DNA of 64,000 nt from Acidimicrobiales bacterium (GCA_965216675.1 CBDCGK010000004.1:1061516-1125515), one strand, 5' to 3'. Positions 8,648-17,872 are shown, numbered from the stretch's first letter. A program made the numbers and translations. Notes: generated from the letters alone by a model not told the origin.

Positions 8648-10432
8648 ATGAGCAGCAAGCCTTCCGACACCCGGCCCACCGAGGCCGATGAGCCGGTCCA
8701 GTCCGACGAGGAGATCTTCGACGCCGCGTTCGAAGCGATCAGAACCTTCAACCCGTTCTTCGGGCCCGCCCCCCTCGCCGACGTCGAGGCCGAACCGAGT
8801 GCCTTTCAACAGATCGGCGTCGCCATGGTCACCAAGCCCGCCGTCGCGCTGCGCCGAATGGCCGGGCTGGCCACCGAGTCGGCCAAGATCGCGCTCGGCG
8901 TGAGCGACATCGAACCCACCGACGACCGGCGTTTCAGCCACGACCACTACGAGTCGAACCCGATCCTGCGACGGCTGGGCCAGCAGTATCTGGCGTGGCG
9001 GGAGACGGTACACGGCTACATCGACGATCTGGATCTTGGCGACGGCACCACCAGCCAGGGCCACTTCATGGCCGACCTCGTCACCGAGGCCGTCGCCCCG
9101 ACCAACACCCTCGCCGGCAATCCCAAAGCCATGGAGGAGGCCATCGCCACACGGGGTCGGAGCCTGCAGCAGGGCTTCCGCAACTGGTTGAACGATCAGG
9201 CCAACAACGGCGGCATGCCGGCCATGGTCGACACCGATCCGTTCGTGATCGGCGAGACCATCGCCGTGACGCCCGGCGAAGTGGTGTTCCGCAACGAGGT
9301 GCTCGAGCTCCTGCGATACACCCCGACCACGACCAAGGTTCGCAAACGACCGCTGATGGTCGTGCCACCCCAGATCAACAAGTACTACGTGCTCGACCTG
9401 GCATCGGGTCGCAGCCTGGTCGAGGCCGCCGTCGCCGAGGGCCAGCAGGTCTTCATGGTCTCGTGGCGCAACGTCACGCCCGAGCAACGGCATTGGGACA
9501 TGGATTTCTACGTCGTGTCGCTCATCGAGGCCATGGACGCCGTGTTGTCGCTGACCAAACAGGACGACCTCAACATGTTGGGCGTGTGCGCCGGTGGCAT
9601 CACCACGGCCGTGCTCAACGGCTACCTCCAGGCGATCGGCGATGAGCGCGTCAACTCCACCAGCTATCTCGTAACCGGGTTGGACTGGGGTGAGCCCACC
9701 CTCCTGGCATCGATGATCTCGGGGGCCAACACCGGCGCCGTCGTCCAGCGGTCCCAAGCCGCCGGCATTCTGTCCGGGCGGGATCTCGGCCAGATGTTCG
9801 CCTTCCTGCGGCCCAACGACCTCGTCTGGAACTACTGGGTCAACAACTACCTGATGGGCAAGAAGCCGCCGGCGTTCGACGTGCTGGCGTGGAACGTCGA
9901 CTCGGCCAACATGCCGGCCGGACTCCACGCCGACTTCATGACCATCTCCTCCCAGAACACCCTGACCATTCCCGGGGCCACCGAGGTCCTGGGCGAGAAG
10001 ATCGATCTCCGTCAGGTCAAGACCGACACCTACGTGGTCGGCGGCAAGACCGACCACATCACGCCGTGGGAGGGTTGTCTCAACACGATCAACATGGTGG
10101 GCGGCGACGCCGAGTTCGTGTTGTGCACCTCCGGACACGTGCAGACCCTCGTCTGCCCCACCGACAACCCGAAGGCCAAGTACCTGGCCATCGACAAGCC
10201 CGGCGGCACGAAGGGCGCCAAGTCGAAGGGGTCCAAGTCCAAGCGAACATCGTTCACCCCTGATTCGTGGCTCGAGGAAGCCACCGAACATACTGGATCG
10301 TGGTGGACACACTGGTTCGAATGGCTCGAGAAGCGCTCTGATGGTCTCGTCAACGCGCCGAAGCAGCTCGACAGCGCCGACTATCCGAGCCTCGGACCGG
10401 CGCCCGGCACCTACGTCCACGAGAAGGCCTGA
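8648..10432 (+). CDS. phaC: polyhydroxyalkanoate synthase (single-subunit, class II-like)
   Basis: DRRF, PTNTLAGNP, TPGEVVFRNEVLELLRY, VPPQINKYYVLDL, SWRN, lipase box GVCAGG, LRPNDLVWNYWVNNYLMG, DHITPW, SGH, GSWW, APGTYV. Confidence 0.95.
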   Translation: MSSKPSDTRPTEADEPVQSDEEIFDAAFEAIRTFNPFFGPAPLADVEAEPSAFQQIGVAMVTKPAVALRRMAGLATESAKIALGVSDIEPTDDRRFSHDHYESNPILRRLGQQYLAWRETVHGYIDDLDLGDGTTSQGHFMADLVTEAVAPTNTLAGNPKAMEEAIATRGRSLQQGFRNWLNDQANNGGMPAMVDTDPFVIGETIAVTPGEVVFRNEVLELLRYTPTTTKVRKRPLMVVPPQINKYYVLDLASGRSLVEAAVAEGQQVFMVSWRNVTPEQRHWDMDFYVVSLIEAMDAVLSLTKQDDLNMLGVCAGGITTAVLNGYLQAIGDERVNSTSYLVTGLDWGEPTLLASMISGANTGAVVQRSQAAGILSGRDLGQMFAFLRPNDLVWNYWVNNYLMGKKPPAFDVLAWNVDSANMPAGLHADFMTISSQNTLTIPGATEVLGEKIDLRQVKTDTYVVGGKTDHITPWEGCLNTINMVGGDAEFVLCTSGHVQTLVCPTDNPKAKYLAIDKPGGTKGAKSKGSKSKRTSFTPDSWLEEATEHTGSWWTHWFEWLEKRSDGLVNAPKQLDSADYPSLGPAPGTYVHEKA

Positions 10433-11369
10433 TCCCGTCGCCGGGGCCGACGGCTCGGGGGTCGTATCGGACCCGGGCGACCAGCTCGGTCGGCGCCTCC
10501 TCGACATATCCGGTCTCCGAATCGCCGTCAAACAACGCGGCTTCTCCACTCCGGATGGCCCCCGGCCACTGCTCCTGATCAACGGAATCGGTGCCACGGG
10601 CGAACTCTTCGAACCCTTCGTCGACGCAATGGAGATCCTGAGCAGCCGGGAGATCATCACCTTCGACGCCCCCGGTGTCGGCTTCTCATCCACCCCGCTC
10701 TACCCGCCGACGATCCGACAGCTGGCCCGCCTGGTGGCCGACATGATCGACACCATCGGACATCGCGAGGTCGACGTCCTGGGCCTGTCATGGGGCGGTG
10801 CGCTGGCCCAGGAGCTGGCCTACCGCCATCCCGACAAGGTCGGGCGGCTGGTTTTGACCGCGACCATGCACGGCTGGACGTCCACCCCCGGACGGCCCGC
10901 CGCCATGTCGATCCTGTTGTCACCCACCCGCTACTACTCACCCCAGTACCTCTACCAGGTGGCGCCGACGCTCTACGGCGGGGCCATCCGCGACAACCGG
11001 GAACTGATCCGCGAACACGCTCAGGTCCGGGCGAGCCGTCCGCCGTCGACGCTCGGGTACACCTGGCAGTTGATGGCGCTACGGCGATGGACCAGCTGGC
11101 CCTGGCTGCGGGACCTCACCCAGCCGACGTTGATCATGGCCGGCGACGACGATCCGATCATCCCGGCCTCGAATGCCGAGGCCATGGCCCGGGAAATCCC
11201 GCACTCCGAGCTGGAGATCGTCGACGGCGGCCATCTCTTCCTCTACACCCGTCCGACCGAGACGGCCCAGCGGATCCACCGGTTCCTGGCCGATGCTGAC
11301 GGCGACCGCAACGACGGACCGACGCCGTCACGTCGTCGCCGCATTCGGGGTCAGTTCATCACCGACTGA
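10341..11369 (+). CDS. phaZ: intracellular PHA depolymerase (PhaZ-like alpha/beta hydrolase); start uncertain
   Basis: PLLLINGIGA, FDAPGVGFS, GLSWGGALAQ, GDDDPII, GHLF; directly after phaC as in Pseudomonas phaC1-phaZ. Confidence 0.85.
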   Translation: MVSSTRRSSSTAPTIRASDRRPAPTSTRRPDPVAGADGSGVVSDPGDQLGRRLLDISGLRIAVKQRGFSTPDGPRPLLLINGIGATGELFEPFVDAMEILSSREIITFDAPGVGFSSTPLYPPTIRQLARLVADMIDTIGHREVDVLGLSWGGALAQELAYRHPDKVGRLVLTATMHGWTSTPGRPAAMSILLSPTRYYSPQYLYQVAPTLYGGAIRDNRELIREHAQVRASRPPSTLGYTWQLMALRRWTSWPWLRDLTQPTLIMAGDDDPIIPASNAEAMAREIPHSELEIVDGGHLFLYTRPTETAQRIHRFLADADGDRNDGPTPSRRRRIRGQFITD

Positions 11370-11378
11370 GCACTGCTG

Positions 11379-13778
11379 TCAGGGGGCGATTCGGTCGGCC
11401 TCGTCGAGGGACCGCCTGATGTCGACATCGGCCTTCGGAACCACGTCGGGGTGGAATCGTCGAGCCGCGGCCTCCAGCGCCTCCTTGACCTCGACCACCA
11501 CGGCCTCGGCGTCACCACGGCGGCACTCGACCGTGATCGAGTCGTGGACCGTCTGCACCGGTAGGGCACCGTCGTAGCGGCTCAGGCGATCGTGCAGGTC
11601 GGCGTAGGCCACCAACATGATGTCGGCCACGCCACCCTGGATCGGTGCGTTGCGCCAGGCGTTGACCATGGCCGAGACCCGCTCCTTGGCCGCCCGGTCC
11701 AGCAACTCGTGGGCCACCCGCTCCCCCATCTCGGCCTCGACCGTCTCGATGAAACGGCGGCGCAGCGAGCGGTCGTCGAACTGGCGGGCCAGCCGTGAGT
11801 CCGAATCCACCTGATCGGTCTCGTCCGGTTCGAGGCGCAGCCCGTGCTCCGCCTCGAAAGCCCGCCGCACGGCGACGAGTCGGGGTGACGGCGACCGGAG
11901 CGCGTCGAGTACCGCCACCAGGAACAGACGATCGAGATGGAGGTTGAACTGCTGGCGCCGGCCCGACAGCGTCCGACTGGCGAACACGAACGGCTCCCCG
12001 TCCGCGGTCAGGGCCACCGGCGCCGAGTACCCCAGCAGCCACTCGGTCTCGGAGAGAAGGGCGGAACGGGCCACGTCCATACGGTCGGGATGGCCGTCGA
12101 CCAGCTCATCGGCGGTCGGCCAGCGATCGTTCGCGGCCCGAAACGCCCGGCGGCGATCGGCATGGCCACGGTACGCGCGGGCCAACCGCATCGTGAGCCG
12201 CCAGTCGATTCTGTCGGTTGTGGTCCGCAGCCGGTCGATCTCGGCGATTCGCTCCCGGGCCCAGGCCGCAACCCCGGGATAGGTCCTGCGGTACTGTTCG
12301 AGCAGGACTTCGGCCTCCTCGCGGCTGGTGGCTACGCCCTCCGCGCTCAGTGATCGGGCCAGGGCCGCCGCCCCCGAACCGTAGGCGATCCCGAAGTTGA
12401 GCGCCTTGGCGATCTGGCGCAGGTGTTTGAACCGTTCGGGATCCCGGGCCTGGAGATCGTCGGGCTCGAAACCGAACATCGTGGCCGCCGTCGAGACGTG
12501 CACGTCGTCACCTCGGGCGAACGCGGCCCGCAACGCGACGTCGTCGGCCACCTGGGCCAGATACCGCAGCTCGGCCTGACTCAGATCGGCATAGACGAAG
12601 ACCCGGTCGGGATCGTGGGGACGCACGAACGGTTTCATCTTCGGCGTCAGGTTCTGGGCATTGGGATTCCGGCTGGCCAGTCGGCCGGTGTTGGTGCCCA
12701 CGACCTGCAGGTACTGGGGTCGGAGCCGACCGTCGTCGTGCAGGTGTTCGTGGATCGACTCACCGTAGGTGCTGAGCGTCTTCGACAGATTTCGGAACTC
12801 GAGGAGGGTGGTGCACACCTCTCCGCCGATCTCGCGCAGAACCGACGCGGTCACCGAATCGAACCGGGTCAAGGTCCGTGACCGACCGAAACGCAGCTTC
12901 GTCCACGCTTGGACCTCGTCGGGCGCCCAACGGTTCAGCGCCTCCCGCACCTGAGGATCGGATGCAGGATTCCAACTCGGTTCGACCGTCGGTTCGAACA
13001 GTGAGGCCTGGCCGCCGCCGGTCAACATGGCCAGCCGGGTCAGCACCTCCCCCTTCTTCACTTCCAGCTGATCCAGCTCGGCCCGCCATCCGGGCCAGTC
13101 GAACGGCAGGCCGCTGCGCTGCATCCGGTCGAGGAACGGCCGGGCCGCCTGCTCGATCTCACAGACGGCGTCGAGACCGGCCGCCGCCACCTCGGCGCGA
13201 ATGCGATCGCCGACCCACAACGTGTAGACGGCATCGGCCGCAGCGTAGGCCACCTGCTCCGGCGTCAGGTCGCTCGACGCGTCGTAGGACAGCTGGGTGG
13301 TGCCCTTGCCGTCGATCTCGGAATCGAGGTAGTGCCGTGTCGCCCACGCCAGCCCGTGGTACCAGGTGAACCCGCTCCGACCCTGGTGAAGCAGGGCGTC
13401 GGCCAGCTGGGCGTCCCACCACGTCAGGCCATCGGTCGTGTCGTCCTGTCGCCACACGGCGGCGTCGAGGACCCGGGCGTCGAAATCGGCGTTCCAGGCA
13501 TCGGCGACGACGCCGTCGAGTATCGGTGCCAGAAGCGACGGGTCGAGATCGCGGACGTCGACCACGAACGCCGACTCGGTGCCGTCGTCGGCCCGGACGG
13601 CCACCGACATGACCCGGAGTTCACCGGCACCGGGGCCGCCGATGGGGACCTCCGTGTCGATCGCCACCCGCTCGGCCACCGACAGTGCCTTGTCGAGTTC
13701 GGCCAAATCGGTCGCGTCGCCGATGAAACGACACGGCACCTCGCTGGCATCACGACTCACCGAATCGAGCCTAGCCAC
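11379..13778 (-). CDS. family A DNA polymerase with 3'-5' exonuclease and no 5' nuclease
   Basis: Exo I AIDTE, Exo II NADFD, Exo III YAAAD; TGRLASRNPNAQN, motif A DLSQAELR, motif B RQIAKALNFGIAYG, NAPIQG, motif C VHDS. Confidence 0.92.
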   Translation of the reverse strand: MARLDSVSRDASEVPCRFIGDATDLAELDKALSVAERVAIDTEVPIGGPGAGELRVMSVAVRADDGTESAFVVDVRDLDPSLLAPILDGVVADAWNADFDARVLDAAVWRQDDTTDGLTWWDAQLADALLHQGRSGFTWYHGLAWATRHYLDSEIDGKGTTQLSYDASSDLTPEQVAYAAADAVYTLWVGDRIRAEVAAAGLDAVCEIEQAARPFLDRMQRSGLPFDWPGWRAELDQLEVKKGEVLTRLAMLTGGGQASLFEPTVEPSWNPASDPQVREALNRWAPDEVQAWTKLRFGRSRTLTRFDSVTASVLREIGGEVCTTLLEFRNLSKTLSTYGESIHEHLHDDGRLRPQYLQVVGTNTGRLASRNPNAQNLTPKMKPFVRPHDPDRVFVYADLSQAELRYLAQVADDVALRAAFARGDDVHVSTAATMFGFEPDDLQARDPERFKHLRQIAKALNFGIAYGSGAAALARSLSAEGVATSREEAEVLLEQYRRTYPGVAAWARERIAEIDRLRTTTDRIDWRLTMRLARAYRGHADRRRAFRAANDRWPTADELVDGHPDRMDVARSALLSETEWLLGYSAPVALTADGEPFVFASRTLSGRRQQFNLHLDRLFLVAVLDALRSPSPRLVAVRRAFEAEHGLRLEPDETDQVDSDSRLARQFDDRSLRRRFIETVEAEMGERVAHELLDRAAKERVSAMVNAWRNAPIQGGVADIMLVAYADLHDRLSRYDGALPVQTVHDSITVECRRGDAEAVVVEVKEALEAAARRFHPDVVPKADVDIRRSLDEADRIAP

Positions 13779-13804
13779 CCGCCGGTTCTAACGCCCGACC
13801 ACCC

Positions 13805-15493
13805 TCATCCCATCAGGGCGTAGATCATCGAGTCGGCCAGCGCCTGCCACGATGCCTCGATGATGTTCTCGCTCACACCGAGGGTGCTCCAGCGACGCTC
13901 ACCGTCGGTGGCGTCGATCAGGACCCGGGTGATCGCCCCCGTGCCCTCGGCGGAGTCGATGATCCGGACCTTGTAGTCGGTCAGACGAACCCGGTCGAGC
14001 ACCTCGAACTCGGGTGCGTCGACGCGGGCCACGGCCAACCGGAAGGCGGCATCGAGCGCGTTGACGGGACCGTTCCCTTCGCCGGTGGCGACCACCCGCT
14101 CATCACCGATGCGGATCTTGATCGTGGCTTCGGTCTCGACGCCGTCGTAGTGGCCGAGGGGATTCTGTTCGGCGGCCATGGGAAGACCCGGTCGGTGTTC
14201 GACCATGACCCGGAACGATTCGAGTTCGAAGAACCGGTTGCTCCACCCGGTGGCCCGGCGCATCAGCAGCTCGAGCGACGCGTCGGCGGCTTCGAAGTGG
14301 TAGCCGGCGTGCTCCAGCTTCTTGAGTTCGTCGAGGATGACGCCGAGCTGGCCGCCGTCGACGTCGAGGCCCATGTCCTGGGCCTTCAGCTCGAGCGTCG
14401 ACCGGCCGGAGAGATCCGAGACCAGGAATCGGGTGCCGTTGCCGACGTCGGCCGGATCGACGTGTTCGTAGGCGTCGGGGCGTCGGGCGATGGCGGAGGT
14501 GTGCAGCCCGGCTTTGTGGGCGAACGCCGATTGGCCGACGTAGGGCTGCTGGGGCATCGGCGGCAGGTTCACCAACTCGGCCACGTGATGGCTGATCGAG
14601 CTCAGCCGGGCCATGCGCTCCTCGGGAACAGTGGCGATGCCCATCTTCAGGGTCATGTTCGGAATGAAGGTGGTGAGGTCACAGTTCCCGGTGCGTTCGC
14701 CGTAGCCGTTGATCGTGCCCTGTACGTGGGTCGCGCCGGCTCTGACGCCGGCAACCGCGTTGGCCACTGCACAGCCGGTGTCGTTCTGGGTGTGCATGCC
14801 GACGGTCAGGTCGCCGAAGGCCGACACGACCGTCGCCGTGGCCGACTCGACCTCGTGCGGGAGTGAGCCGCCGTTGGTGTCACACAGCACCAGCGCCTCG
14901 GCGCCGGCCACCGCCGCCGCCTCGACCGCCCGGAGCGTGAACTCGGGATTTCGCTTGTAGCCGTCGAAGAAGTGCTCGAAGTCGACGAAGACCCGTTTGC
15001 CCTGATCGATCAGGTAGCGGACCGAGTCGCCGATCATGGCCACGCCCTCGTCGAGGGTGGTTCGCAACGCCTGGGTCACGTGGTAGTCCCACGACTTGGC
15101 CACGATGCACACCACGTCGGTGCGGGCGGCCAGCAGGTTGGCGAGCGTCGGGTCGGCGTCGACCTTGCCCTTCGGCCGGCGGGTCGAGCCGAAGGCGACC
15201 AGCGTCGACGTGTCGAGCGGGAGCTCGCCGTCTGCGGCCCGGCGGAAGAACTCGTCGTCTCGGGGATTGGCGCCGGGCCAGCCCCCCTCGATGTAGTGCA
15301 CACCCAGGCCGTCGAGCAATCGGGCGATCTTCAGCTTGTCCTCGGCGGTCAGGGCGATGCCCTCGAACTGGGAGCCGTCACGCAACGTGGTGTCGAAGAT
15401 GTCGACCGCTGACGGCCACCGCGGATCGCGCACGCCGCGCCGGCTGATCTCGGTCGCGCCGACGGTGGGATCGACGGGGCTCGGTTCGCTCAT
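13805..15493 (-). CDS. cimA: citramalate synthase
   Basis: DTTLRDGSQFEG, IEGGWPGANP, EHFFDGYK, CDTNGG, GYGERTGN, AFAHKAGLH, GYHFEAADAS. Confidence 0.93.
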   Translation of the reverse strand: MSEPSPVDPTVGATEISRRGVRDPRWPSAVDIFDTTLRDGSQFEGIALTAEDKLKIARLLDGLGVHYIEGGWPGANPRDDEFFRRAADGELPLDTSTLVAFGSTRRPKGKVDADPTLANLLAARTDVVCIVAKSWDYHVTQALRTTLDEGVAMIGDSVRYLIDQGKRVFVDFEHFFDGYKRNPEFTLRAVEAAAVAGAEALVLCDTNGGSLPHEVESATATVVSAFGDLTVGMHTQNDTGCAVANAVAGVRAGATHVQGTINGYGERTGNCDLTTFIPNMTLKMGIATVPEERMARLSSISHHVAELVNLPPMPQQPYVGQSAFAHKAGLHTSAIARRPDAYEHVDPADVGNGTRFLVSDLSGRSTLELKAQDMGLDVDGGQLGVILDELKKLEHAGYHFEAADASLELLMRRATGWSNRFFELESFRVMVEHRPGLPMAAEQNPLGHYDGVETEATIKIRIGDERVVATGEGNGPVNALDAAFRLAVARVDAPEFEVLDRVRLTDYKVRIIDSAEGTGAITRVLIDATDGERRWSTLGVSENIIEASWQALADSMIYALMG

Positions 15494-15504
15494 CGCCACT
15501 CCCT

Positions 15505-16485
15505 CTACAGCTTGGACAGCACGGCGTCGGCGATCTCGACGGTGGAACCGTCGAGGTGGCGGCACGCCTCGCAGGCCCGGCTGATCCGATCGGCGGCGTC
15601 GGTTTCGCCGAAGAAGCGGAGCATCATCGCTCCTGACGCGATGGCGGCGATTGGATTGGCCTTGTTCCAACCGGCGATGTCGGGGGCCGATCCGTGAACC
15701 GGTTCGAACATGGACGGACCGGTGCGGGCCGGGTTCAGGTTGGCCGACGCGGCCAGGCCGATTCCACCCGACACGGCACCACCCAGGTCGGTGAGGATGT
15801 CGCCGAACAGATTGTCGGTGACGATCACGTCGTAGCGCTGGGGATCCTGAACGAAGTAGATGCAAGCCGCGTCGACGTGGTTGTAGGCCGTCTCGACCTC
15901 CGGGTACTGGGCGGCGACGTCGTCGAAGGCCCGCTGCCACAGGTCACCGGAGAAGGTCAACACGTTGGTCTTGTGAACGAGCGTGAGATGTTTGTTGCGG
16001 CTCATGGCCAGGTCGAAGCCGTAGCGGATGGCCCGCTCGGCTCCCATTCGGGTGTTGACCGAGCCTTGGGTGGCGATCTCGTGCGGTGTGCCCTTGCGCA
16101 GCAGACCACCCTCACCGGCGTAGGAGCCCTCGGTGTTCTCCCGGATCACCACGAAATCGTGCGAGTCCGTCTGGAATGGCCGCTGGTTGACATAGAGGTC
16201 GAGATCGAACCGCATCTTCAGCAGCAGGCCTCGTTCGATCACTCCCGGCGGAACCTCCGGTGTGCCGACGGCTCCGAGGTAGATGCCGTCGAGCAGACGC
16301 CACTCGTCGAGCACCGAGTCGGGCAGAATCGTGCCGTCGCGGAGGTAGCGGGCACCGCCGAGGTCGTAGTCGATCGTCTCCAACCGCACCCCGGTTGCTT
16401 CGATGACCCTCAGGCCCTGGGTGATCACCTCGGGCCCGATTCCGTCACCACCGACAACGGCTACACGATACGTCGCTTCAGACAT
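15505..16485 (-). CDS. leuB: 3-isopropylmalate dehydrogenase (short actinobacterial type)
   Basis: GDGIGPEV, RENTEG, LVHKTNVL, NLFGDILTDL, FEPVHGSAPDIAG. Confidence 0.95.
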   Translation of the reverse strand: MSEATYRVAVVGGDGIGPEVITQGLRVIEATGVRLETIDYDLGGARYLRDGTILPDSVLDEWRLLDGIYLGAVGTPEVPPGVIERGLLLKMRFDLDLYVNQRPFQTDSHDFVVIRENTEGSYAGEGGLLRKGTPHEIATQGSVNTRMGAERAIRYGFDLAMSRNKHLTLVHKTNVLTFSGDLWQRAFDDVAAQYPEVETAYNHVDAACIYFVQDPQRYDVIVTDNLFGDILTDLGGAVSGGIGLAASANLNPARTGPSMFEPVHGSAPDIAGWNKANPIAAIASGAMMLRFFGETDAADRISRACEACRHLDGSTVEIADAVLSKL

Positions 16486-16563
16486 GGGCCCCAGGGTATC
16501 CATCACCACTGCTCAAGATGGTTGAAAGTCGACCGATGTGATGGAGAAGCCAAGGATCGCCTC

Positions 16564-17160
16564 GTGACCGACCGTTCTACCGTTCAAAGCCAAGACCCGG
16601 AGCATCACGCTCCCGAATCGGAGACCGCCGAGACCGACGAGCGCGACCTGTCGATGAGCCGGACCCCTCGCTCGTGGTTCGAAGCCGAGCAGCAGTCGCC
16701 ACAGGATTCACACTGGTCGAACCGCCGGGTCAAGCCGAAGAACCCGGTCACCGTTCTCCCCCGCAAGGTCAACACGGCGTCGCTGTTCCTGGCCGGGCTG
16801 GTCGCGGTCCTCGTCACCGGTGCGGCCTGGGCGACGACCGAGATGCTCGGCCTGTTCGGCAGTCCCTGGTTGACCATTCCGGCCGGCATGCTGATCGCGC
16901 TGATCATCCGTGCCGGCTGTGGGCGCGACGACGCCGAGGGCCGGGCGACCGTGGCCGCCATCGCCTACCTCATCACCCTCCTGATCGTGCTCGGCCTGTT
17001 GACCCGCCGGGAGATCCATGAGATCTACGGCAACACCACCGACGTGCTCATCATCGAGGAGAACCTGTTCCGGCGACGATTCAGCCGGCTCGACCAGCTG
17101 GCCGCCTACGCCATCGGCTGGGCGATGACCTGGTACGCCAGCATCTGGTTGAGCAACTAG
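16564..17160 (+). CDS. hypothetical membrane protein
   Basis: Three or four hydrophobic segments after a polar N-terminus; start uncertain. Confidence 0.65.
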   Translation: MTDRSTVQSQDPEHHAPESETAETDERDLSMSRTPRSWFEAEQQSPQDSHWSNRRVKPKNPVTVLPRKVNTASLFLAGLVAVLVTGAAWATTEMLGLFGSPWLTIPAGMLIALIIRAGCGRDDAEGRATVAAIAYLITLLIVLGLLTRREIHEIYGNTTDVLIIEENLFRRRFSRLDQLAAYAIGWAMTWYASIWLSN

Positions 17161-17325
17161 TGCCGTGTCCACTAACGTTCGCACGGGTTTGGGCGAGCGA
17201 TTGGCGTTTTCGACAAGGACGCAGGAGCCCCGCTCACTTGTGAGCGTGAGAGGGGCGACGAGGACGAAGCTCGAAGGCGTCAAGAGCCGGCCAAACACCG
17301 CAAACGTTGGTGATCACGGCACAAG
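17157..17325. repeat. ~170-bp imperfect palindromic intergenic element (MITE/RIME-like)
   Basis: Ends CTAGTGCCGTG...CACGGCACAAG; inner arms CACTAACGTT/AACGTTGGTG and GTTTGG/CCAAAC. Confidence 0.7.
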
Positions 17326-17380
17326 GCGGGCAGCGGCGGCGAGGCTGTTTGACCGGCTCCGCTCGTGGTACGTACCAACC

Positions 17381-17872
17381 ATGACCAGTGCCGACGCAAC
17401 CATCAAACTCCGAGAGCTCATCGGCGACCAGCGGGTCGTGATGCTGAGCTCGATCGCCCCCAGCGGCGAGATCCACTCCCGTCCGATCACACTCTGTGAA
17501 GTGGCCGACGACGGTCGGCTGTGGTTTTTCGTATCCGACAACGCCGACTGGGTGCTCGGTTTGACGTCGGAAGGTCCCGTCAACGTCGCCGTGGCCAACG
17601 ACGACGATCAGAGCTGGGTCTCCGTCGCCGGACGGGCCTCGGTCCACCACGACAAAGCCACGATCGATCGGCTGTGGTCACCGGCGGCGTCGGTCTTCTT
17701 CCCCGGCGGCAAGGACGATCCCAATCTCCGGCTGCTGGCGGTCGATCCTCAGACCGCCGACTACTGGGACGCCCCGTCCGGTCGCCTCCAGCAGCTCGCC
17801 ATCATGGCGATGGGCAAGGTCAGCTCGGAACGCCCCGACCTGGGCGAGTCCGGAACCATCGACATGGGCTGA
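17381..17872 (+). CDS. pyridoxamine 5'-phosphate oxidase-like general stress protein
   Basis: HSRP, LWFF, VSVAG, IDRLWSP..FPGGKDDPNLRLL..ADYWD. Confidence 0.88.
   Translation: MTSADATIKLRELIGDQRVVMLSSIAPSGEIHSRPITLCEVADDGRLWFFVSDNADWVLGLTSEGPVNVAVANDDDQSWVSVAGRASVHHDKATIDRLWSPAASVFFPGGKDDPNLRLLAVDPQTADYWDAPSGRLQQLAIMAMGKVSSERPDLGESGTIDMG

Noticed and set aside
11379..13778. Prophage origin for the polymerase
   Set aside because: No integrase, primase/helicase or structural genes nearby; codon style looks host-like.
13805..15940. N-terminally extended ORF calls for cimA (also glpD, ilvN, greA, the 36291 gene)
   Set aside because: The extensions overlap neighbouring genes; downstream starts have RBS or leaderless signals.
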